Below, one piece after another: positions 9,629 to 17,430 of a stretch of 18,169 nt of DNA (positions within the stretch are counted from its first letter, which is position 1; the number at the start of each line of letters is the position of its first letter). The stretch lies in assembly GCA_027623195.1 (NCBI GenBank), contig JAQBUT010000040.1, positions 1 through 18,169 on the forward strand, in the 5' to 3' direction. Position numbers and translations under genes: made by a program. The notes below the pieces were generated by a model. The model had not been told where the DNA came from, did not search any database, and saw only the letters and a list, made by a program, of their open reading frames with translations. This stretch comes from Chloroflexota bacterium. GTDB lineage: Bacteria; Chloroflexota; Dehalococcoidia; Lucifugimonadales; JADFKI01.

Positions 9629-10801
9629 CTACAACGCCGGCAACAGCGAAATAAAGATGCCGGCCACCACGGCCGAGCCTATGACGCCCGCGACGTTGGG
9701 GCCTATGGCGTGCGGCAACAGATACGTCCTGGGGTTGGCCTCCTGGCCTACGTGATGGGATATGCGCGCTGCCATTGGCACCGCCGACACTCCGGCCGAG
9801 CCGATGAGAGGGTTAATCTTCTGTCGCAGGAAGAGGTTCATTATCTTGGCGAAGATGAGTCCGCCCATGGTACCAGCGGAGAAGGCAACCAACCCTAATA
9901 TCAGGATGGCGATGGTTTGCAGCGAGAACACTCGCTCTGCGGATAGCTGGGTGCCCACCGTTATCATCAGGAAAATTGTTGCGATGTTTAATAACTCGTT
10001 AGATGCCGCGTTGGTAAGACGAGGCACCACGCCGCTTTCCCTGAAAATGTTGCCGATCATGAACATGGCTATTAGAGGGGCGGAACGCGGCACCACCAGG
10101 ATGATGAGGATCAAGGCAATGGTCGGGAACAGGAGCTTTTCTTTTTGTGACACCTCTCGAAGGGGAGGCATCTCGATGGACCTCTCGCTTTTAGTTGTAA
10201 GGAGCTTCATCAGTGGCGGCTGTATGAAGGCCACGGCGGCCATGTACGAGTAGGCGATAATCGCTGTGATTCCAAGCAATTCGGGGGCCAGCCTGGCCGA
10301 AAGGAATATTGTCGTCGGGCCGTCAGCGCCGCCTATGATGCCGATGGCAGCTGCCTGCTGTAAGGTAAAATCTACGCCCAGCCAGGGCAAGAAATTCAGG
10401 GCCAGCGCTCCCCAAAATGCCACGAATATGCCAACCTGAGCTGCTGCGCCCAAAAGCAAAGTCTTGGGATTAGCGATAATCGGCCCAAAGTCTGTCATGG
10501 CCCCAAGCCCAAGGAAAATGATCGGCGGCAACAGGTTCCAAAATGACAGGCCGAAGTGGAAGATTATGCCGAATATCCCCGACTCTTGAAATATGCTGGA
10601 CTCGGAGTCGAAAGTGGTCAGGCCAGTCAGCGGAAGGTTCGCGATCATGATGCCAAGGCCAATGGGAAGAAGCTCGTACGGTTCTAGTCCTCGACTAATG
10701 GCCAGGTATATGAAACCTAGGGCGACAACCAGCATAACGCCGTTGCGCCAGTCAATATTCATGAACCCGGTAGAGTTAAGGAAGTCGAAAAATTCAGTCA
10801 A
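9629..10801 (-). CDS. oadB: Na+-translocating decarboxylase beta subunit
   Basis: IFLGLGAMTDFGP, LLLGAAAQVGIF, IGIIGGADGPT, AYSYMA, INPLIGSAGVSAVPMAAR, GPNVAGVIGSA; TTG start, exact start uncertain. Confidence 0.95.
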   Translation of the reverse strand: MTEFFDFLNSTGFMNIDWRNGVMLVVALGFIYLAISRGLEPYELLPIGLGIMIANLPLTGLTTFDSESSIFQESGIFGIIFHFGLSFWNLLPPIIFLGLGAMTDFGPIIANPKTLLLGAAAQVGIFVAFWGALALNFLPWLGVDFTLQQAAAIGIIGGADGPTTIFLSARLAPELLGITAIIAYSYMAAVAFIQPPLMKLLTTKSERSIEMPPLREVSQKEKLLFPTIALILIILVVPRSAPLIAMFMIGNIFRESGVVPRLTNAASNELLNIATIFLMITVGTQLSAERVFSLQTIAILILGLVAFSAGTMGGLIFAKIMNLFLRQKINPLIGSAGVSAVPMAARISHHVGQEANPRTYLLPHAIGPNVAGVIGSAVVAGIFISLLPAL

Positions 10802-10893
10802 TAGGGGTCTCGTCTAAGAAGGACAACGCCGTTAATATCTTGGATTTCTTGGAACACATGAACACTTCAGAAAGTAACGATAGCATATGTGGT

Positions 10894-11160
10894 TTACGGC
10901 TTAGCGCCGGCGCCCTTACTTGATAGCAAGACCGTAACGGCGGCGATTGCTGCCAATGCCCTATCTGAAAGCTCCTGTTGGGTTGGCGGCGCGGGATCTT
11001 TAAGTCGCCACCACGGCCGACCGGAGGGCCTCTCCAGAACCTGCTTCACCAGCAGATGTATACCGCCGACAATGAACATCATCAGTAATAAAAGCCCGAA
11101 GGCCGTGCCTATTCCTATTACCGTAAGTGTCAGGGCCTTTTCAAAAATCGCCGGATCGAT
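10894..11160 (-). CDS. oadG: OadG-family (gamma/delta) membrane anchor subunit, probable non-canonical ATC start
   Basis: The frame of the listed 62-aa ORF stays open upstream as IDPAIFEKALTLTVIGIGTAFGLLLLMMF (a single N-terminal TM helix), followed by a Pro-rich linker and ALAAIAAV; GAGGGG SD 6 nt before ATC at 11160; directly upstream of oadB. Confidence 0.75.
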   Translation of the reverse strand: MDPAIFEKALTLTVIGIGTAFGLLLLMMFIVGGIHLLVKQVLERPSGRPWWRLKDPAPPTQQELSDRALAAIAAVTVLLSSKGAGAKP

Positions 11161-11325
11161 GTGTTACCCCTCTTTAATTCAATTCATGCTTCGATTTTTG
11201 ACGCTTTCCCTCGCTGCGCCGGTGGGAATTTTACATGAACATGCTAAATCAAACTAGACGATTATAACTGGATTACCTGCAGGGAATGAGTTTCGACGCC
11301 TAAATGACGTTACTCAGTCTCGTAC

Positions 11326-11354
11326 TGGAAAGCCAACTGTCTACTCTATATAAT
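11326..11354 (+). promoter_or_regulatory. Candidate sigma70 promoter for the pxpABC-like operon
   Basis: TGGAAA (11326-11331), 17 nt, TATAAT (11349-11354); a minus-strand TATAAT at 11261-11266 could serve oadG. Confidence 0.45.
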
Positions 11355-11404
11355 TGTGGCACCACTTACACCCAAGGCAATTGAACACATCAGGAGGCCT
11401 GCGC

Positions 11405-12169
11405 ATGGCCAGCAAGATCGACTTTAACTGCGATATGGGCGAAAGCTTCGGCATGTACAAGATGGGTTTCGACGAAGAGGTCATCAAACACATTACGTCG
11501 GCCAACATAGCTTGTGGCTTCCACGCCGGTGACCCCCAGTGGATGAGGTACACAGTAAGGCTGGCCGAGGAGCATGGCGTAGCCGTTGGGGCCCACCCTA
11601 GCTTTCCGGACTTGAATGGATTTGGTCGTCGTAACATGAACGCCACCCCTGAAGAGGTCAAAAACGACGTAACGTACCAGGTCGGCGCGTTGCAGGCGTT
11701 CACGTCGGGCAGGAGGCTTCAGCACGTCAAGCCCCACGGCGCTATGTACAACATGGCGGTGAACGATGAATCATTGGGCCAGGCTATCTGCGAGGCAATC
11801 CTTGAGATTGATCCGGAGATGATCCTTGTTGCCCTGGCCGAGTCCCGCTGGGTTAAGCTTGCTGAGGACATGGGTCTTCGTGTTGCCCGCGAGATATTCG
11901 CTGACCGTGCGCTTAACGCGGATGGCACATTGGTATCGCGATCCAAGACCGGCTCAGTTATTCATGACGTCAACGAGGTGGTGGAGCGCAGCGTTCGCAT
12001 GGTGACAGAGGGCAAAGCCGTTGCCATAGATGGCGAGGTCATCGATGTGCAAGCAGATAGCCTGTGCCTGCATGGCGACACTCCGGGAGCTGTAGAGATG
12101 GCAAAGGCAGTTCGAGAAGGATTGGAAAACGCGGGAGTTAAAATCGTCTCGCTGGGTCAGTTAGTCTGA
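11405..12169 (+). CDS. pxpA: LamB/YcsF family protein (5-oxoprolinase subunit A-like)
   Basis: IDFNCDMGESFG, SANIACGFHAGDP, GAHPSFPD..GFGRR, HVKPHGAMYN, LCLHGDTPGA; ATG at 11405 after AGGAGG (the ORF-track start at 11354 is too far upstream). Confidence 0.92.
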   Translation: MASKIDFNCDMGESFGMYKMGFDEEVIKHITSANIACGFHAGDPQWMRYTVRLAEEHGVAVGAHPSFPDLNGFGRRNMNATPEEVKNDVTYQVGALQAFTSGRRLQHVKPHGAMYNMAVNDESLGQAICEAILEIDPEMILVALAESRWVKLAEDMGLRVAREIFADRALNADGTLVSRSKTGSVIHDVNEVVERSVRMVTEGKAVAIDGEVIDVQADSLCLHGDTPGAVEMAKAVREGLENAGVKIVSLGQLV

Positions 12170-12900
12170 TGCTGGACAGGCCAAAGTTCCTACTATCCGG
12201 AGACACAGCGCTGGTGGTTGAGTTGGGCGATGAGATCAGCCCTGAGATCAACCGTCGGGTGCGCGACCTCAGCGTGGCGATAGAGAAAGCCAATATACCC
12301 GGAGTCTTTGATTACCTACCGACTTACCGCTCCGTTCTGGTCTATTACGACCCTTTGGCCACATCTCTGGAAAAGCTCAAATCGGAGATTGAGAGGCTTA
12401 ACAACGGCGCGGGAAGTCAGGAAGTCGGCGAACCTATGGTCGTTCACCTGCCAACGCTTTACGGCGGTGACCATGGTCCTGATATCGAGTTCGTCGCGGA
12501 GAACGCAGGCATCAGCGTGGAAGAGGTCATTGCGACCCACTCCGGCACCGACTACCTGGTCTACATGATGGGATTCAGCCCAGGCTTCGCATACCTCGGA
12601 GGGCTTTCTGAGAAGCTGGTCACGCCCAGGCTGTCCAGCCCGCGCATTGAAATACCGGCCGGGTCTGTCGGCATCGCCGAGACCCAAACGGGTGTCTACC
12701 CTATCGCTAGCCCGGGAGGTTGGCGGCTTATCGGCAGAACTCCGGTAAAGCTCTTCGATTCCCTACGGGTACCGCCTGTGTTTTTGAACGCTGGCGATTA
12801 CGTAAGGTTTACGCCAGTCCAAAGTCTTGAGGAGTACGCCGACCTGGAACGTCAGGCTAACTCCGGCGAACTGAAAGTCGTTACGGAGGCCGTGAAATGA
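12169..12900 (+). CDS. pxpB: PxpB/KipI family protein (homologous to urea carboxylase CT subdomains C/D)
   Basis: GDTALVVELG, PTYRSVLVYYDP, YMMGFSPGFAYLGGL, IPAGSVGIA..QTGVYP..SPGGWRLIGRTP; TGATG overlap with pxpA. Confidence 0.92.
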   Translation: MLDRPKFLLSGDTALVVELGDEISPEINRRVRDLSVAIEKANIPGVFDYLPTYRSVLVYYDPLATSLEKLKSEIERLNNGAGSQEVGEPMVVHLPTLYGGDHGPDIEFVAENAGISVEEVIATHSGTDYLVYMMGFSPGFAYLGGLSEKLVTPRLSSPRIEIPAGSVGIAETQTGVYPIASPGGWRLIGRTPVKLFDSLRVPPVFLNAGDYVRFTPVQSLEEYADLERQANSGELKVVTEAVK

Positions 12901-14045
12901 GCAAACCGGCATTCGAAGTACTTGAGGCAGGCCTGCTGACAACGGTGCAGGACAGAGGGCGTTACGGCTATCAGCGTTTCGGAATGCCGGTGGCAGGCGC
13001 GATGGACGTCTTTGCTTTGCGCGTTGGCAATGCGTTGGTAGGCAACGACGATAGTGCAGCCGGCCTGGAAATGACAGTCCTGGGACCCAAGATACGTTTT
13101 CATGCTGATACCTGGATCGCGGTAACTGGGGCGGACTTGGGCGCCAAGCTAAATAGCGAATCCCTGGCAACTTGGCAGTCGATTCAGGTCGCGAAGGACG
13201 ACGTGCTTAGTTTTCAGGGGCCTCAGGATGGTATGCGGGCCTACCTGGCCATCGCGGGCGGTATTGACGTACCGGTGGTTATGGGCAGCCGCTCGACTTA
13301 CGTTAAAGCGGCCATCGGTGGACTTGCAGGCAGAGGCCTGAAGCCCGGCGACGTTTTGGACACGGAGGAATCACGTACTGCCTTCATTGCGCGGCGAGCC
13401 CCTGAGAGACTCAGCCAAGGCTATGGCAGTGAGCACGACGTAAGGGTGGTCCTGGGGCCGCAGGACGACAGGTTTACGAAGGCAGGTCTTGAGACCTTTC
13501 TCGGTTCTCAATACACAGTAGCCATTCAGTCTGATCGCATGGGATATCGCCTGGAAGGCCCGAGCATTGAGCACGCGGATGGTCCTGATGTAATATCTGA
13601 CGGCACAGCCTATGGGGCTGTCCAGGTGCCAGGCGACGGCCAACCCATCGTCCTACTGGCTGATCGCGGAACCACTGGCGGTTACACTAAGGTCGCCACG
13701 GTGATAAGCTCGGACCTGCAAAAGTTTGCGCAGGCGATGCCAGGGCACACCGTGTCGTTCCGGGCAGTGTCTGTTGAAGAGGCCCACGAGCTTTATCGCA
13801 GTCGTGAGGCGCTGCTTATGGGCATTCGAAACGACGCAGGAGCGGACGTGCTGTCCTCCTTGGAGGAGGCGCGGTCGCGTATAAGCGTTAGCGTCGGTGA
13901 TCAGCAAATCGAAATCATGGACGAGGGCGGTGATGATCTGCCGGTTCCAGCCTGGGTGCTAGAGTCCGGCGCTGCACGCCAATTCAAAGGCAGGGCCGGT
14001 ATTCAAGGCGAGACCTTCGAGTTCAATGTCACTGTGCAAAATTAG
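12897..14045 (+). CDS. pxpC: PxpC/KipA family biotin-dependent carboxyltransferase-like protein with C-terminal extension
   Basis: GLLTTVQDRGR, GAMD, GNALVGN, MGSRSTY, SDRMGYRL, GAVQVPGDGQPIVLLADRGTTGGY; ATGA overlap with pxpB; about 70 extra C-terminal residues. Confidence 0.9.
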   Translation: MSKPAFEVLEAGLLTTVQDRGRYGYQRFGMPVAGAMDVFALRVGNALVGNDDSAAGLEMTVLGPKIRFHADTWIAVTGADLGAKLNSESLATWQSIQVAKDDVLSFQGPQDGMRAYLAIAGGIDVPVVMGSRSTYVKAAIGGLAGRGLKPGDVLDTEESRTAFIARRAPERLSQGYGSEHDVRVVLGPQDDRFTKAGLETFLGSQYTVAIQSDRMGYRLEGPSIEHADGPDVISDGTAYGAVQVPGDGQPIVLLADRGTTGGYTKVATVISSDLQKFAQAMPGHTVSFRAVSVEEAHELYRSREALLMGIRNDAGADVLSSLEEARSRISVSVGDQQIEIMDEGGDDLPVPAWVLESGAARQFKGRAGIQGETFEFNVTVQN

Positions 14046-14108
14046 ACTGACCACGCGGGTTCAAACGAGTCATGACGGCAAGATGAAAAAGCGACAAGGA
14101 GTAAATGA

Positions 14109-15158
14109 ATGGGTAAGCGAATAGCAGTTTTTGGCGCAGGGGCAGCAGGCAGCTACATAGGCGCCTTCCTGACTCGAGAAGGGCATGACATCACGCTGAT
14201 CGATATGTGGGGTCAGCATGTTGATGCCATGAACGAGAAGGGTTTGAGCGTCCAAGGCTCACAAGGGCCATTCACGGTACCGGTAAAAGCGGTGCATGTG
14301 ACCGACGCCATCAACATCACGGAACCTTTCGATATTATATTCCTGGCGGTGAAGTCCTACGACACCGAGTGGTCCAGCCACTTCATCAAGAGATTCCTTT
14401 CCCCGACAGGCGTCGTGGTTAACAGCCAGAACTGCATGAACGACGCGCTGACCGCTTCCATCGTTGGTTATGAGCGGCAGGTCGGCTGCATTATGTCCAG
14501 CATCACCGTGGCGCTTTGGGAGCCAGCCGTTGTAATTCGTGGCGGCCAGCCAGGTAGGGACCGTGGGCATGATGTCTACCGCGTTGGTGAGCTACACGGG
14601 CAGATAACACCGCGAGTGGAGGAGATCGCCGAGATGCTTAGCTGCATTGACGGCTCTCACGCCACATCCAACATATGGGGCGAACGATGGTCCAAGCTCA
14701 CCACAAACTCCGTCGGAAATCCCGTTGGAGCTATGACTGGACAAGGCTCACAGACCTTCGCTTTGGACCCAAGGGCCCGTCTGATACAGGTTCAGATAGC
14801 CAAAGAGACCTGCCAGGTAGGGTTGGCTCTGAACGTTAATATAGCCCCCGTCAGTGGCGTCGAAGCATCCACATGGGCCAAGGCAGACGATGGGGAGGTT
14901 TTCGAGGAGCTTGATGCCAAGTTCCAGCCCAAGGTCGACGCTGCGGACTGGCGCTCTTCCATGGCCCAGGACGTGGTAAAGGGACGGCACACGGAGATCG
15001 AGTACATGAACGGCTACACCGTGAAGCGCGGTCTTGAGCTGGGCATAGCAACACCCGTGAGCGCGGCCATTGTCGACGTCGTGAAGCAGATCGACGCCGG
15101 TACGTTGAAGCCTGATCCCTCCCACGTGGAGCGCGTTCTTAGCATGGCAGGCCTATAA
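14109..15158 (+). CDS. Ketopantoate reductase (PanE/ApbA) family oxidoreductase
   Basis: Rossmann motif GAGAAGS, FLAVKSYD, WSKLTTN, SSMAQDVVKGRHTEIEYMNG; AAGGAG SD; substrate not established. Confidence 0.88.
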   Translation: MGKRIAVFGAGAAGSYIGAFLTREGHDITLIDMWGQHVDAMNEKGLSVQGSQGPFTVPVKAVHVTDAINITEPFDIIFLAVKSYDTEWSSHFIKRFLSPTGVVVNSQNCMNDALTASIVGYERQVGCIMSSITVALWEPAVVIRGGQPGRDRGHDVYRVGELHGQITPRVEEIAEMLSCIDGSHATSNIWGERWSKLTTNSVGNPVGAMTGQGSQTFALDPRARLIQVQIAKETCQVGLALNVNIAPVSGVEASTWAKADDGEVFEELDAKFQPKVDAADWRSSMAQDVVKGRHTEIEYMNGYTVKRGLELGIATPVSAAIVDVVKQIDAGTLKPDPSHVERVLSMAGL

Positions 15159-15226
15159 CCTGCTGGTTATTCTAGTGAAATAACGGTTATGGGAGTCGGC
15201 GGACCGGGTTATAATTAAGTTAGTAT

Positions 15227-15841
15227 ATGTTGGAATTATTTCACCAGCTTTCTGACTGGTTGCTCGCATTCGCCGACAGCCCCTGGGCAATAGGCATACT
15301 GATGGCTACCTCCTTTTCGGAGTCCATCTTCTTCCCGATTCCGCCCGATCCTCTTCTAATTGGCATCGCGATACCGCAACAAGGCTCCGCGTTGTGGTTG
15401 GCCGCGCTGGTCACGCTATTCTCCGTAGCCGGGGCATTAGTTGGGCATTGGTTGGGTATGAAGTTCGGCAGCCCGATCCTCCACCGGTTCGTTTCCGATA
15501 GAAAAGTTGCCACCGTGGAGAATATGTTCCGCAAGTACGGTATGTGGGCCGTCCTCCTGGCCGCCTTCACGCCTATACCTTACAAGGTCTTCGCCGTCAC
15601 CGCAGGCGTGCTGAAATTGGAACGCCGACCCTTCATCATCGCCTCCTTAATCGGCAGGGGTGCCCGTTTCATGATTATTGGCGGCCTCATCTTCTTCTTC
15701 GGTGAGTCGATTCAGGTCTTCATATCGGACCAGTTCGAGCTTCTTACGCTAATCACAGCAGTTGCCCTTGTGCTTTTGCTGATAGGCGTATTCGTGTTCG
15801 CCAAAGTACGCAAGTCCAGGAAGCTGGCCAGCGAGGTCTGA
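15227..15841 (+). CDS. YqaA/DedA family (VTT domain) membrane protein
   Basis: SFSESIFFPIPPDPLLI, AAFTPIPYKVF, SLIGRGARF. Confidence 0.9.
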   Translation: MLELFHQLSDWLLAFADSPWAIGILMATSFSESIFFPIPPDPLLIGIAIPQQGSALWLAALVTLFSVAGALVGHWLGMKFGSPILHRFVSDRKVATVENMFRKYGMWAVLLAAFTPIPYKVFAVTAGVLKLERRPFIIASLIGRGARFMIIGGLIFFFGESIQVFISDQFELLTLITAVALVLLLIGVFVFAKVRKSRKLASEV

Positions 15842-16674
15842 TGTCTGCTTCAGAAGGCGACGTTCGCTCCGAATGCCTTGTTGAGCCCGCCTGGGTCGAG
15901 TCCCACCTGAGCGACGTGAACCTCGTTATCGTAGACATCGACGCTGAGGCCGGTTATCGACGTGGCCATGTGCCGAGCGCTGTGACCTTGCACCCCGATT
16001 ACGAGCGCGATACCGAGACCGGCTGGGTAAGCACCATGCCCCCTGATAGGTTCGCCGAGGTTTGCCGCAGCCTGGGAATTGGCGATGACACGCTGGTTGT
16101 GGTCTACGACAACAACATGAGCCTTCCCGCGTCACGTCTGTGGTGGGTTCTGAGGCTACACGGTCACGCCAACGTCAGGGTGATGGACGGCGGATGGAGA
16201 ACGTGGCTTCAGGAGAGGCGCGCCGTCAGCTTCGAATCCCCTACACCGAAAGCTGACGTTACTTTTACCCCCAGACGCGACGATACCATGCTGGGCGCAC
16301 TGGACGACGTGAAAGCGGCATGCGGCCTGGATAGCGCCGTGATATGGGACGTGCGCACCGAGGGCGAGTACGACGGCAGCGTGAACCGGGGCAATAACAA
16401 CAGGGCTGGCCACATAGCCGGAGCTGTGCATGTGGAGTGGTCGGACCTCATGCACGCGAACACCCACCGCTTTAAGCCTGACGAAGAGATGCGGACGATC
16501 CTGAACGCCAAAGGCATCACCCCCGACAGGACGGCCTACGCCTACTGACAGGCCGGACTCCGCGCGGCGCACGGAGTGTTCGTACTAAAGATACTGGGCT
16601 ACGACGACGCCAGGAACTACGACGGCTCCATGTACGAATGGGCCAACCGCGACGACACGCCCATGGAGATGTAG
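15841..16674 (+). CDS. Tandem-domain rhodanese/sulfurtransferase, probable selenoprotein (Sec236 at TGA 16546-16548), 277 aa
   Basis: GHVPSA, ASRLWWVL, MDGGW, DVR...EY, GHIAGA; the frame continues past TGA as AYAY-U-QAGLRAAHGVFVLKILGYDDARNYDGSMYEW to TAG 16672-16674, restoring the active-site loop and the YDGS..EW signature. Confidence 0.88.
16557..16577 (+). promoter_or_regulatory. Candidate bacterial SECIS element
   Basis: ACTCCG-C-GC-(GGC loop)-GC-A-CGGAGT; G-initiated apical loop with 17 nt between it and the UGA. Confidence 0.65.
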
Positions 16675-16704
16675 GGGCCGACTGAGGCAAAGATAGCCCC
16701 ACCC

Positions 16705-17178
16705 TTACAAGCTCTCCCCCGTTGGCCGGTACTGCAGTGCTTCGGCAAGGTGGGCTATGCCTATGATAGGCTCCCCGGCCAGGTCTGCGATGGTGCGGGA
16801 GACTTTTAGGATGCGGTGAAAGCCCCGCGCCGAGAGTTGCATCTGCTTCATGGCTGAATTCAGAAGAGCTTTTGCAGTGTCGTCCATCTGGCAGAGGTTC
16901 CAGACTTCTGTGGGACCCATCTCCGCGTTCGTGAGTATCGACGTGTCCTTGAAGCGCGAGTACTGTCGCTGACGGGCCTCCTCTACTCGCTCTCGTACTT
17001 GGCTGGAAGACTCTGAGTCAGATGGTTGTGTCAGCTTCTCGTAATCGACCCTTGGGACCTCAACGAACATGTCGATCCTGTCCAAAAGCGGGCCGCTGAT
17101 ACGCCGCTTGTACCTGGCCACCTCGTTTGAAGAGCAGGTGCACTCCCGAATTGGGTCGCTGTAATAACCGCACGGGCA
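16705..17178 (-). pseudogene. comM: 3' portion of comM/yifB (Mg-chelatase-like AAA+ ATPase), interrupted
   Basis: CPCGYY..C.C, RISGPLLDRID, ESSSQVRERVEEAR, LSARGFHRILKVSRTIADL, EALQYR; the expected preceding AAMNP and the whole N-terminal part are missing. Confidence 0.9.
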
Positions 17179-17185
17179 TTCGTGC
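17170..17185. mobile_element. Candidate attachment-site junction in comM
   Basis: GCACG-GGCATT-CGTGC inverted repeat centred on 17177-17178, exactly where comM similarity stops. Confidence 0.55.
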
Positions 17186-17430
17186 AAATAACTGCGCTAC
17201 AATTACGAAGCCCGTGGCGTTACGATAGCCTCGTAATGCTGTATAAGTCCACGCCGGTAAGAAAGCAGCCTTGAGGGCGTTGGGTCCGCTGGTCGTTCTT
17301 GAGCATAGAGCGGCCATCGCCAGCATCACATCCCTCAATTGGTGGACAATCATGGAAGTACTCGTAATCACTGATGATGTTCTGGTAGATTGGGAAGCAA
17401 ACACTATTCGACTTTCGAGCGGTCGTCGAG

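Noticed and set aside
11354..11404. Longer N-terminus for pxpA given by the ORF track
   Set aside because: ATG at 11405 has an AGGAGG SD and matches the family start; the upstream TTG overlaps the putative -10 box
16546..16548. Rhodanese as a nonsense pseudogene or product of genetic code 4/25
   Set aside because: TGA sits exactly at the catalytic Cys with a SECIS-like hairpin, and TGA acts as a normal stop in pxpA, pxpB and yqaA (overlapping the next start codons)
17179..17187. Element-supplied in-frame TTG that might re-initiate the comM 3' half
   Set aside because: No SD upstream, and the fragment lacks the Walker motifs, so a functional product is unsupported
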